From: Actinomycetota bacterium
Lineage (GTDB): Bacteria > Actinomycetota > Thermoleophilia > Solirubrobacterales > 70-9
Assembly (NCBI GenBank): GCA_038040415.1
Contig: JBBPIK010000006.1
Location: forward strand, 8,763-72,762
Reading direction: 5' to 3'
DNA: 64,000 nucleotides
This document shows positions 36,052 to 44,702 of this stretch, piece by piece. Position numbers and translations under genes: made by a program. Each line of letters opens with the position of its first letter. Position 1 is the stretch's first letter. The notes beneath the pieces are model-generated. The model saw only the letters and a program-made list of their open reading frames with translations. It did no database searches and was not told where the DNA came from.

Positions 36052-37448
36052 GCCTCCTCGGCCAGGTCGATGAGCGGCGGCCCCTCACCGGCCCTCTGCT
36101 CCACCGGGCGCTCGGCGCCCCCGGCCCTGTCCACGAAGCGCGGGTACTGCTCGAGGAAGACCACCGGCACGTCGCCCGTGGGCCCGTTGCGGTGCTTGGC
36201 GATGATCAGGTCCGCCTCGCTGGGATCGGCGTCCTCGTCGTACTTCGAGGCCCGGAAGATGAACGAGACGACATCCGCATCCTGCTCGATGGATCCGGAT
36301 TCACGAAGGTCCGAGAGGATCGGCCGCTTGTCCGGCCGCAGCTCCGGCGCCCGGGAAAGCTGCGAGACGCCGATCACCGGCAGTTGCAGCTCGCGGGCGA
36401 GGATCTTCAGGCCACGGCTGACCTGGCCGACCTGCTCGACCCGGTTGACGCGCGGGTCCTCCGGTCGCATCAACTGCATGTAGTCGACGATCACGAGCCC
36501 CAGGCCTCCCTGGCTGGCGGCCAGGCGGCGCGCCTTGGCCCGCAGCTCGAGCAGGCTGAGGTCGGAGGAGTCGTCCAGCCACAGGGGCGCCTGCTCCAGC
36601 TCGTTGCAGGCACGGACGACCCGGGGCCAGTCGCGCGCCGCCACCTTGCCCTTGCGCAGGCGGTCGCTCGGGATTCGAGACCGGCAGCCGATGAACCTGT
36701 GTGCAAGCTCCGCCTCAGACATCTCAAGCGAGAAGAAGGCGACCGGCAATCCCGCCTTGGTGGCGACGTTCTCGGCGATGTTGCAGACCAGCGCCGACTT
36801 TCCGAGTGACGGCCGGGCTGCGAGCACGATCAGGTTCCCCGGTTGGAATCCGCCCAGCAGGTCGTCGAGGTCGCGGAAGCCGGAGGGCGTCCCGGTCACT
36901 TCCTGATCGCCCTTGGCCAGCGCCTCGAGGCGGTCGATCTCCTCGGCCAGCACCTCGGCGACGAGCCGGAAGTCGCTGGCGCGCTCCTCATGGGCGACCC
37001 TGAACAGAACGCTCTCGGCCCGCTCGACCAGCTCCTCGGGCTCCCCCTCGCGCTGGTGAACCGACGTCTGGATCCGCTGCGACGCGTCGAGCAGGCGGCG
37101 GAGCAGCGAGTTCTGCTTCACGATCTGCGCGTAGTGGCGGGCGTTGCCCGCCGCCGGCACCGTGGAGGCGAACTCGGAGACTGCGTCCTTGCCCCCGGCT
37201 TCCGCGAGCTCTCCCCGCTGGGTGAGGAGCTCGGTGACGGTCAGCGCGTCGACCGGCTCGCTGCGCTCATAGAGAGCCTTGACCGCACGAAAGACGATCC
37301 GGTGACGCTCGCGGTAGAAGTCCTCGTCGTGGAGCCGGACGTCGAGGATCACGGGGGCGATCGCGCCCTCGGAGACCATCATCGCCCCGAGCACCGAGGC
37401 CTCGGCCTCCAGGTTCTGAGGCGGGACGTGTGTCTGTGTCTGGGCCAT
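36048..37448 (-). CDS. dnaB: replicative DNA helicase
   Basis: The start is at MAQTQTHVPPQNLEAEASVLGAMM (ATG 37448). Walker A is ARPSLGKSA, with IVDYMQLM, SQLSRAPE and LRESGSIEQDAD also present. No intein is visible. Confidence 0.95.
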   Translation of the reverse strand: MAQTQTHVPPQNLEAEASVLGAMMVSEGAIAPVILDVRLHDEDFYRERHRIVFRAVKALYERSEPVDALTVTELLTQRGELAEAGGKDAVSEFASTVPAAGNARHYAQIVKQNSLLRRLLDASQRIQTSVHQREGEPEELVERAESVLFRVAHEERASDFRLVAEVLAEEIDRLEALAKGDQEVTGTPSGFRDLDDLLGGFQPGNLIVLAARPSLGKSALVCNIAENVATKAGLPVAFFSLEMSEAELAHRFIGCRSRIPSDRLRKGKVAARDWPRVVRACNELEQAPLWLDDSSDLSLLELRAKARRLAASQGGLGLVIVDYMQLMRPEDPRVNRVEQVGQVSRGLKILARELQLPVIGVSQLSRAPELRPDKRPILSDLRESGSIEQDADVVSFIFRASKYDEDADPSEADLIIAKHRNGPTGDVPVVFLEQYPRFVDRAGGAERPVEQRAGEGPPLIDLAEEA

Positions 37449-37618
37449 CTGTTCGCCGTCGACGCCGCCGAAACGCCCCGGCGCGCCGTTCACCTTCCCC
37501 GTTCGGGAGAACCCCATGGGCCGAGGATGCGCCCCGTGCCGGACGGGACGCGAGCAAATCACAGGCGCCTGCCCTCCGCCGCTCGCGTTCCCGCGATTTA
37601 CGGGAAGGAGATTCGTCC

Positions 37619-38071
37619 CTATTTCTCTTCGGCCACGATCGTCTTGATGCGCGCCGTTGCCCCGCCGCCGAGCTCGATCTCGACCATGTAGGTGCCCAGC
37701 TCGCGGATCGGGTCCTCCAGGCGGATCCGCTTGCGGTCAACCCTCAGCCCGCGAGCCTCCGAGATCGCCTCCGCGATCTCCTTGGCGGTCACGGAGCCGT
37801 AGAGCTTCCCGTCCTCGCCGGCGCGGTGCTGGATCGTGAGCACGGTCTTGGCCAGGAGCGCCGCGTTCCCCTCGGCCCTCTCTGCCGCCTCGCGGGCGGC
37901 ACGCTCGGCGGCCTCGGCGCGGCGGCGAGCCTCCTCGAGCGACCCCGCGGTCGCCGGCTGAGCCAGCTTGCGTGGCAGAAGGTAGTTTCGAAGGTAGCCC
38001 GGGGAGACGTCGATCGCCTCACCGGCCCTTCCGAGGCTCTCGACATCCTTGAGCAGGATCGCTTGCGCCAT
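37619..38071 (-). CDS. rplI: 50S ribosomal protein L9
   Basis: MAQAILLKDVESLGRAGEAIDVSPGYLRNYLLPRKLA supports the call. Confidence 0.9.
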   Translation of the reverse strand: MAQAILLKDVESLGRAGEAIDVSPGYLRNYLLPRKLAQPATAGSLEEARRRAEAAERAAREAAERAEGNAALLAKTVLTIQHRAGEDGKLYGSVTAKEIAEAISEARGLRVDRKRIRLEDPIRELGTYMVEIELGGGATARIKTIVAEEK

Positions 38072-38085
38072 CGCCGCCCGAGGAG

Positions 38086-38370
38086 TTAGCGCTCGCCGAC
38101 GTAGGGCAGCAGGGCGATCTCTCGCGCCCGTTTGACAGCCAGCGCGAGCTGCTTCTGATGGCGGCGCGAGAGGCCGGTGACGCGACGGGAACGGACTTTG
38201 CCACGGTCGGTGATGAAACGCCTCAGGGTCCCCAGGTCCTTGTAGTCGATCCGTTCGACGTTGATCCGGGTGTACTTGCGAGGTCGAAAGCGGTCCGCGC
38301 CGCGCGGTCGCCTCCGCCCTCCACCGGGCGCACCGGGCCCCCCCATCGTCGGGCGCTGACGGCGAGCCAT
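38086..38370 (-). CDS. rpsR: 30S ribosomal protein S18
   Basis: The ATG at 38370 lies within ORF 38086..38721. [50 protein letters not shown] supports the call. Confidence 0.9.
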   Translation of the reverse strand: MARRQRPTMGGPGAPGGGRRRPRGADRFRPRKYTRINVERIDYKDLGTLRRFITDRGKVRSRRVTGLSRRHQKQLALAVKRAREIALLPYVGER

Positions 38371-38513
38371 CAGGCCCGCGCTCGCTTGTGGCTGTGGGCT
38401 CTCATCTCCTCGCAGGCGCGCCGCCTTCGAGGAGGGCGGCGCGAAGGAGCGGATGATAGCCGGGCACCTGGCCTGGCCCACGCCCCGGGCTTGAATGGAG
38501 CCGGGCTTAGGAC

Positions 38514-38975
38514 CTAGAACGGGATGTCGTCGTCCTTGGCGCCCACGCCTGCCGTCTCCTCTTCGAAGTCCGAGGTGTCGGCGGGAACGTCGGACTGCGG
38601 CGGCGCGCTCCCATTGCCGCCTTCCTGGCCGTCGCGGGAGCCGAGGAACTGGACCGAATCGGCGATTATCTCCACCGCCTGGCGCTTGCCGGTCCCATCC
38701 TGCGCCTCCCATTCGCGCCACTCCAGGCGGCCGTCGATGGCCACCGGGCGACCCTTGGAGAGGTAGGTGGCGCAGTTCTCACCCTGCGCGCCCCAGACGG
38801 TGACGTCGAAGTAGTTGGGCTTGTCGACCCAATCGCCGCTGGCGGAGTCCTTGCGGCGGCTGTTCACGGCCACGCGGAGCTTGCAGACGGAGTTCCCGCT
38901 CGGCAGGCTGCGCAGCTCGGGATCGCGGGTCAGGTTCCCCGTGATCACGACCCGATTGAGATTAGTGCTTGCCAT
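38514..38975 (-). CDS. ssb: single-stranded DNA-binding protein
   Basis: The ATG at 38975 begins [22 protein letters not shown]. An OB fold and the acidic C-terminal tip DDDIPF are present. Confidence 0.9.
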   Translation of the reverse strand: MASTNLNRVVITGNLTRDPELRSLPSGNSVCKLRVAVNSRRKDSASGDWVDKPNYFDVTVWGAQGENCATYLSKGRPVAIDGRLEWREWEAQDGTGKRQAVEIIADSVQFLGSRDGQEGGNGSAPPQSDVPADTSDFEEETAGVGAKDDDIPF

Positions 38976-39101
38976 TTCTGGCTCCCTTCGCGTTGTGTTT
39001 CTCTCGTCCGGATCTGCCCGGCATGGCCATGTACCAGGATAAGTCGCGACCCGGCGCTTCTCGCCCCCCGGCATAAACGAAAGCCGCAACGAGCGGTTTT
39101 G

Positions 39102-39770
39102 CTAGGAGTCTTCGCGCTCGGGGTCCTGCTCGCCGGCCTGCGCGGGCTCCTCCTCCGCGGCGTCGGCGGCGGGCTCAGCTTCCTCTGCGGCGGGCGCTGC
39201 CTCCTCGCCAGACGGGGCGACCGGGGCTTCCTCCGCTGCCGGCTGGGCGGCGGCCGGGGCTTCCTCCGCTGCCGGCTGGGGGCTGGCCGGGGCTTCCTCC
39301 GCTGCGGGCTGGGGGGCCTCAGTGGGCTCCTCCCCTGGAGTGGGCTCGTCCCCTGGCGTCGATTCCGCGGCTGCGGGAGCCTCCTCCCGCCCCGCGGCGC
39401 CCTGGGGGCGGCGCCCGCCCCGAGCCGGGGGTGCGCCGACGGCGCTCTGCGGCGCCGACGGGACGATCGCCGGCGAGCGTGGGTCGACCTTGAAGATCCG
39501 GAAGCGCAGGACGCCGTCGGCAATCCGCAGGTTGTGGTTCAGATCGTCGAGCAGCCCTCCATCCGTTTCGAAGCGGAAGAAGCGATAGTCGGCCTCGGTG
39601 CGCTGCTCGATCTCATAGGCGAGCTTGCGCGTACCCCAGGACGTGTCCTGCTTGAGGGAGCCGCCTGACTCGATCCGCGTCCGCGCTTCGGCCGCGATCT
39701 GCTCCCGGCGTTCATCCGTGATGTCGGGATCGAGCATCAGGACGAGCTCGTATTCGCGGGAGGGACTCAA
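39102..39770 (-). CDS. rpsF: 30S ribosomal protein S6 with long acidic repeat-containing C-terminal extension
   Basis: The start codon is TTG. The S6 core runs about 100 aa (EYELVLMLDPD...WGTRKLAYEI...YRFFRFE). It is followed by about 120 aa of Ala/Pro/Glu-rich sequence that includes three copies of PQPAAEEAPA-type units. Confidence 0.85.
   Translation of the reverse strand: MSPSREYELVLMLDPDITDERREQIAAEARTRIESGGSLKQDTSWGTRKLAYEIEQRTEADYRFFRFETDGGLLDDLNHNLRIADGVLRFRIFKVDPRSPAIVPSAPQSAVGAPPARGGRRPQGAAGREEAPAAAESTPGDEPTPGEEPTEAPQPAAEEAPASPQPAAEEAPAAAQPAAEEAPVAPSGEEAAPAAEEAEPAADAAEEEPAQAGEQDPEREDS
39221..39319. repeat. 3 x 33-bp tandem repeat inside the rpsF tail
   Basis: The unit CCGGGGCTTCCTCCGCTGCCGGCTGGG-NNNNNN occurs at 39221, 39254 and 39287. 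An adjacent 2 x 18-bp repeat (AGTGGGCTCSTCCCCTGG) lies at 39321-39356. Confidence 0.85.
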
Positions 39771-39902
39771 AGCGGCCGACGACTATAGCGGCCGCGAGCT
39801 GGGGCCCAGGGGCAAGTAGTGAGTCGGTTTTGAACCTCCGGCCCAGCTGTCCCTGTGCAAGTCATCTAGCCACGGCCCTTGAAGCGAGATACTGGGCAAC
39901 TC

Positions 39903-40310
39903 ATGTCGCGAGAGAACTCGGGGATCGCCCTGCAACTGATCGAGGCTTCCAACCGCCGAGACGTAGACGCGTTCCTCGCCCTCGTCAGCCCGGACGTTGA
40001 ATGGGAGGACCCCGTCTTTTGGTCGGAGGTTTCCCAGACCTACCGAGGCAGGGCGGAGGTCCGAGCGTGGTTCAACCGGGTCGTGGAACCCTGGGAAAGC
40101 CTCCATTTTGAGGTGGAGGAGATCACCGAGACCCCGGATGATCGGGTTTTCCTTGAGACGCTCTTGACCACACGCGGCAAGGGCAGCGGCGCGGAGACCC
40201 AGATCCGCCTCTGGTACGTCGTGTGGATCGCGAACGGCAAGATCACGAGGCGACAGGTCTTTCGCGGCCGCGACGAGGCGCTCGAAGCCGCAGGGCTACG
40301 GGACGGATAA
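39903..40310 (+). CDS. NTF2/SnoaL-like small protein (paralog family, copy 2)
   Basis: The ATG at 39903 begins MSRENSGIALQLIEASNRRD, and the product ends RDEALEAAGLRDG. The 12-mer GCGAGATACTGG ends 7 nt upstream of the start. Confidence 0.65.
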   Translation: MSRENSGIALQLIEASNRRDVDAFLALVSPDVEWEDPVFWSEVSQTYRGRAEVRAWFNRVVEPWESLHFEVEEITETPDDRVFLETLLTTRGKGSGAETQIRLWYVVWIANGKITRRQVFRGRDEALEAAGLRDG

Positions 40311-40370
40311 GAAGTCAAGTCCTCTGGACTCCTAGGGGCAGGGTGGGGGCCACAGGGGTTGTAGGGCGCG

Positions 40371-40940
40371 ATGGGCAGCGGATCCCGCATTCGCTGGCGC
40401 AAGGTCGCCAAGCTCGCTCTCGGCGTGCTCGGCTGCCTGGCCTTGGTCGTGGGCCTGCCGAGCCTCATTCGGCGCCCCGAGCCGCCGCCGCTGGAGCCGG
40501 ACATCGGGCTGGCACACCTAGCGACGTCCCGGGAACCCGCGCATTCGACCCAGCGACCGGCGCCCGGCCCCGATCGCCGTGACGCCAAGACCCAAGGCAG
40601 GCCAGGCGGTCGGGCCTGCCGCCCCGCCAGCGCCCTAACCCGCCGCATCCGGCTCCGCCGGATGACCGGTCGCCTCCGGCTCCCTGGTAGCCGGAGGCGA
40701 GGCTTTCGGCGGAGTTGTTCAGGGACCCGATCCCAAGGCCGGCGGCGCCATGCCGGCGCCGGCCGTCCGACCCGTCGCGAACGGGGTCAACCCTCGACCG
40801 GCTCGACCGTCACCGACGTCTCGGCTCAGGTCCCCGTCCCCCCTGCCGGCGCGGCGCCTCCGCCGCCAACTGCCCCGCTGCGAGCCCAAGCGCAGGCGCC
40901 GCAGCCGGCCGTCGCGTCGGAGTTCGGATTCGAGCGCTGA
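40371..40940 (+). CDS. questionable ORF (N-terminal TM anchor; body runs through PR1 copy 4)
   Basis: The 189-aa product has only one convincing feature, the N-terminal hydrophobic segment (KLALGVLGCLALVVGLPSL). The rest is Arg/Pro-rich and partly encoded by the repeat. Confidence 0.3.
   Translation: MGSGSRIRWRKVAKLALGVLGCLALVVGLPSLIRRPEPPPLEPDIGLAHLATSREPAHSTQRPAPGPDRRDAKTQGRPGGRACRPASALTRRIRLRRMTGRLRLPGSRRRGFRRSCSGTRSQGRRRHAGAGRPTRRERGQPSTGSTVTDVSAQVPVPPAGAAPPPPTAPLRAQAQAPQPAVASEFGFER
40615..40720 (+). repeat. PR1 palindromic repeat, copy 4 (5' hairpin missing, one cassette)
   Basis: CCTGCCGCCCCGCCAGCGCCCTAACCCGCCG-CATCCGGCTCCGCCGGATGACCGGTCGCCTCCGGCTCCCTG-GTAGCCGGAGGCGAGGCTTTCGGCGGAGTTGTTC. 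Confidence 0.75.
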
Positions 40941-40942
40941 CC

Positions 40943-40984
40943 GTTGGCGCCTTTGTACCCCCATGCGGTGCATAAAGCGCCAAC
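40943..40984. terminator. TH2 hairpin copy c
   Basis: GTTGGCGCCTTTGTAC-ccccatgcg-GTGCATAAAGCGCCAAC forms an imperfect stem. It lies between the stop at 40940 and the convergent otsA stop at 41006, and is followed by the tail CTCCGGCGATTGGGGC. Confidence 0.4.
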
Positions 40985-41005
40985 TCCGGCGATTGGGGCA
41001 CGCGA

Positions 41006-42478
41006 CTAAGCCGCCGCGCGGGTCTCGCTCTTGGCCCTGAGGTCGGCGAGCTGCTCCTCGATCCAGACGCCGGGGTCGCGCTCACGCACGATCTCGCGCA
41101 GGCGCTGCGCCCGCAGGGCGCGCTCCTCCGGGTCCATCGTCAAAGCACGGTGGATCTGGTCGGCCTGCTCCTGGATGTCGAACGGATTGACGCTCAGCGT
41201 GCAGTCGCCGAGCTCCTCGTGAGCACCCGTGTTCTCCGACAGCAGCACCACGCCGTCACGAGTGTTCACCGCGGGCGCCTCCTTGGCAACCAGGTTCATG
41301 CCGTCGAACAGCGAGTTGACCATGAGCAGGTCGAAATGCTTGTAGCGGGCGACCGCCTCGGGGAAGTTCTCGTAGATCCGCAGGTCGATCGGCATCCAGT
41401 CCGTGGTCCCGTGGCGATGGTTGATCACCGCGACCAGAGCCTCGATCCGATCCAGGTACTCGGCGTACTCGGGCACGTCGGTCCGAGACGGCTGGAGGTG
41501 GGCGATGAAGGTCACGCGCTCGCGGAACTCGGGATGCTGCTGGAGGAAGGTGTCGAAGGCGGTGAAGCCGCGCAGCACGTTCTTCGACAGGTCGGCGCGA
41601 TCGACCCGGATGATCAGGTGGTCGCGGCGGCGGCGCAGGAGCTGCTGCTCGTACTCCGCCACCTCCTCGGAGGCGGCGGCCCGCTCCAGCCGCCCGGCGT
41701 CGATCCCGAGCGGGTAGGCCCGCACCCAGGTCTCGCGCCCGGAGTGGAGGATTGCGCCGCGCTCGTAGTCCACCTCCAGCTCCACCAGCTCGCGGCAGCA
41801 GTGAAGGAAGTTGCGGCAGTAGGCGGTGGTGTGGAAGCCGATGATGTCGTTCGCGAGCAGGCCTCGAAAGATCTCCTCGCGCATCCTGCCGGGGAGGATC
41901 CGCCAGCTGTCGGGCTGCGACCACGGGATGTGAACGAAGTGGTGCAGCAGCACGTCCGGCCGGGCCTCACGGATGAGCCCCGGGCAGGTGTAGAGGTGGT
42001 AGTCGTGCAGCATCACCAGGGGCTCGGCGTCGCCCTCGATCGCCCCCAGCACGGCGGCGGCGATGTCGGCGTTGACGGCCTTGTAGCCCTGGTCCCACGC
42101 ATCGGCCTCCTCCCGGCGGATGTCGGGGGCGTTGGACAAGTCCCAGAGGTAGTGCTGGATGAACCAGAGAATCGGGTTGGCGATCACGTTGTAGAAGCGG
42201 TCGTAGGCCAGAGAGTCGCTTTCGACCAGCACCACGTCGTAGTCGACGCCGTCCAGCTCGACCGACACCGGATCCCCGCCCGCCTCGCGGCTGACGACCA
42301 GGTCCTCCTCGGTCATCGCGGAGGCGATCCACAGCGCCCCGCGGTGGGCGACCAGCCCGCTCAGGGCAGTCACCAGGCCCCCGCCGCCGCGCCGCAGCGT
42401 GCGCTTGCCGCTCTGATCGCGGTCGAACTCCGCGGGACCGCGGTTCGAGACGATGACCAACCGCCGCTCTTGATTCAC
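41006..42478 (-). CDS. otsA: alpha,alpha-trehalose-phosphate synthase (GT20)
   Basis: The GTG at 42478 overlaps the treT TGA. LVIVSNRGP, GGLVTAL, ANPILWFIQHY, LHDYHL, DGMNLVAKE and NPFD are present. The upstream part of ORF 41006..43402 is read-through. Confidence 0.9.
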   Translation of the reverse strand: MNQERRLVIVSNRGPAEFDRDQSGKRTLRRGGGGLVTALSGLVAHRGALWIASAMTEEDLVVSREAGGDPVSVELDGVDYDVVLVESDSLAYDRFYNVIANPILWFIQHYLWDLSNAPDIRREEADAWDQGYKAVNADIAAAVLGAIEGDAEPLVMLHDYHLYTCPGLIREARPDVLLHHFVHIPWSQPDSWRILPGRMREEIFRGLLANDIIGFHTTAYCRNFLHCCRELVELEVDYERGAILHSGRETWVRAYPLGIDAGRLERAAASEEVAEYEQQLLRRRRDHLIIRVDRADLSKNVLRGFTAFDTFLQQHPEFRERVTFIAHLQPSRTDVPEYAEYLDRIEALVAVINHRHGTTDWMPIDLRIYENFPEAVARYKHFDLLMVNSLFDGMNLVAKEAPAVNTRDGVVLLSENTGAHEELGDCTLSVNPFDIQEQADQIHRALTMDPEERALRAQRLREIVRERDPGVWIEEQLADLRAKSETRAAA

Positions 42479-43707
42479 AGCTCGATTTCCCCGAACAGCC
42501 GAAGCCAATCCCGCAGCAGCCGAGGGGTCAGAAAGAGCTCGCGCGCGCGCTCCTTGCCCGCCCGGCCGAGGCGCTTGGCCAGCTCCGGATCCCGGAGAAT
42601 GCGCAGGGCCCGTTGGGCCGCCTCGTCGGGGGAGGAGATCAGGAAGCCGGTTTCGCCGTCGACGATCTGAAGCGGGATCCCGCCAACGTTGCCGGCCACC
42701 GTTGCCCGTCCCTTCCAGAGCGCCTCGGTCACGGTGAGCCCGAACCCCTCGCGCAGCGACTTCTGCATCACCACGTCGGCCTGCGACTGGAAGGCGTTGA
42801 CCTCGATCGCCCCGACGTTGTTGAGGTTGTTGAGGATCTTGATGTCCGGATCCCCGTCCGCATAGCTGAACGTCTCGTGGAAGTACTCCCAGCCCTCCGG
42901 ATCGTCCGTGGCCATCGAGCCGACCAGCGCCAGCTGCACCTCCGGCAGCTCCTCGCGCACCAGCCGGAAGGCGTCGATCACCCCGATCGGGTCCTTCCAG
43001 GGGTCGAAGCGCGACACCTGGCAGATCAGGGGACGCTCCACATCGATCCCGAACTGCTTGCACACGAAGGCCGCGTCCTCGGGGGAGAGCGCCATGTTCT
43101 TCGGCGACAGCGGGTCGATCGCGGGCGGGATGATCCGAGCGCTCCCGTCCATGCCGGCGGGGACGTACTGCTGAAGGTGCCAGATCGTTTCGTCGTACTC
43201 GCGGATCAACGGCAACAAGCGCGCCAAGGTCTCGGCGTTCGGCGTCGAGAGGTCGATGTGGCAACGCCAAATCCAGATCCGGGACCGGTCGGGGGCGTTG
43301 GCGCGCAGGCCCGCCGGCTGGGGGTCGTGGACGATGATCGCATCCCAATCGTCGTCGAGGCTCTGGGCATTCATCGCGTTGTAGGCCTCGAAGACCTCCC
43401 ATTGCTGGTCGGAGATCGCCTGTTGATCGCCCTGGAGCGAGTTGTGCATGAGCTTGGTGACGTTGAAGAACTCCTCGCGCCCGAGGATCACCCGCCAGTG
43501 GGCGTCGAGGCCCACGTCGCGCATCAACGGGACCATCGTGTAGAGGATCTCCGAGACGCCGCCCCCGAAGGCCGTGGCGCTGACGTGGAGCACCCTCTTG
43601 CCGGCCAGCGGCTTCGCGAGCTCGCGAATCTCCTCGATCAGGCTGCGCCCGACGAGGTGGGTGTAGTCGGCCAGCGAGCGCGCACCAAGCGAAACTTCCT
43701 GCAGCAT
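42475..43707 (-). CDS. treT: trehalose synthase TreT-like glycosyltransferase (GT4)
   Basis: The ATG at 43707 begins MLQEV. SATAFGGGVSEIL, FFNVTK, HNSLQG, WRCHIDLSTPN, VSRFDPWKDP, DDPEGW, REGFGLTVTEALWKG and QIVDGETGFL closely match my recollection of archaeal and Rubrobacter TreT sequences. Confidence 0.8.
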   Translation of the reverse strand: MLQEVSLGARSLADYTHLVGRSLIEEIRELAKPLAGKRVLHVSATAFGGGVSEILYTMVPLMRDVGLDAHWRVILGREEFFNVTKLMHNSLQGDQQAISDQQWEVFEAYNAMNAQSLDDDWDAIIVHDPQPAGLRANAPDRSRIWIWRCHIDLSTPNAETLARLLPLIREYDETIWHLQQYVPAGMDGSARIIPPAIDPLSPKNMALSPEDAAFVCKQFGIDVERPLICQVSRFDPWKDPIGVIDAFRLVREELPEVQLALVGSMATDDPEGWEYFHETFSYADGDPDIKILNNLNNVGAIEVNAFQSQADVVMQKSLREGFGLTVTEALWKGRATVAGNVGGIPLQIVDGETGFLISSPDEAAQRALRILRDPELAKRLGRAGKERARELFLTPRLLRDWLRLFGEIEL

Positions 43708-43738
43708 GCGGAGGGCAACATACCCGGCGGCTCCGCCG

Positions 43739-44683
43739 CTACGCCGAACTGGTGCCGGCGAGGCGCTCGATGCCGAGGTCGAGCTCGCGGACGATCGCTT
43801 CGTGCAGCTCCTGATTCGCCGCGGCCACGCACGAAATCTGAAACTCCGCACCTGAGCCGAGCAGAGCGCGTTCGGCGAGCGGCGCTCCGTATGCGTCGGT
43901 GACGATTGCCCCGGCTTCCTCGACGATCAGCGCGGCCGCCGCCAGGTCGTAGGGAGAGTTGTTGAGCACCGCGCCATCCCCCACGCGTTCGAACTCCTCG
44001 CGCATTCCGGGGACGTCCGCCACGATCCTCGGGCCCGGCTCGATGTAAGCATCAAGCTGGCCCGTCGCGATCCGGGTCATGTCGTAGGTCGCCGAGCCGA
44101 GGTCGAAAGTGGCCCCGCCAACCGAGGAGGCGTCGATCAGCTCCCCGAGCACCTCGGCGATCGCCCGGACGGGCCGGCCCCGCAGGCCGTAAGCCCAGAA
44201 CATCCGCGAGAGGTCGCGATTCGCCGACAGCGACGGCGCCGGGTCGAGCCCGCCGCCGCGCCCCGCCACGAACGCCCGACCGGACTTGATTTCGACCACG
44301 CAGCCCGTCACCACATCCCCCATCCGCGCCTCGCCGCCGGAATCCAGGCGCGCCGCGGCCACCGAGACACAGGCGGCCTCGAGCCCGGCCATCGCCGGGC
44401 GCGTGCCGTCGATCGGGTCGACGACCAAGACCCAGCTCGCCCGTTCGTGTGGCGCCACAAGCCCCCGGTCCTCCGAGTAGAAGGCGACCTCGGGCGCCCG
44501 CTCCGCAAGGTACCTCTCCATGAACGCCTCCGCTCGCTCGTCGATTGCGAACGTGACGTCGCCCCCCTCTCCGGCCCCGCTGTGAGCGCGGCCGGCGTGA
44601 TCGCCCAGCTCGGGGGCGATCTCGTCGCGCAGGGCGACCGCCAACCCCAACACCAGCTCGCGCGGTGATCGCGAGGTCGCCAT
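43739..44683 (-). CDS. inositol monophosphatase family phosphatase
   Basis: The ATG at 44683 begins the ORF. FYSEDRG, VVDPIDGT and a C-terminal YDLAAAALIVEEAGA are present. Confidence 0.8.
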   Translation of the reverse strand: MATSRSPRELVLGLAVALRDEIAPELGDHAGRAHSGAGEGGDVTFAIDERAEAFMERYLAERAPEVAFYSEDRGLVAPHERASWVLVVDPIDGTRPAMAGLEAACVSVAAARLDSGGEARMGDVVTGCVVEIKSGRAFVAGRGGGLDPAPSLSANRDLSRMFWAYGLRGRPVRAIAEVLGELIDASSVGGATFDLGSATYDMTRIATGQLDAYIEPGPRIVADVPGMREEFERVGDGAVLNNSPYDLAAAALIVEEAGAIVTDAYGAPLAERALLGSGAEFQISCVAAANQELHEAIVRELDLGIERLAGTSSA

Positions 44684-44702
44684 CCGACTCGAGCGCGCGG
44701 GA

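Noticed and set aside
38086-39089. Long forms of the rpsR (211 aa) and ssb (191 aa) ORFs
   Set aside because: The conserved S18 and SSB sequences begin at internal ATGs (38370 and 38975). The extensions are read-through of intergenic DNA.
39221-39356. Tandem repeats considered as a possible CRISPR-like or minisatellite locus
   Set aside because: The repeats are contiguous with no spacers, are in frame, and lie inside the rpsF ORF. They encode a repetitive acidic tail.
41006-43402. 798-aa fusion reading of otsA with upstream sequence
   Set aside because: The upstream 308 codons overlap treT in another frame and are Arg/Gly/Pro-rich. OtsA homology begins at GTG 42478, which overlaps the treT stop.
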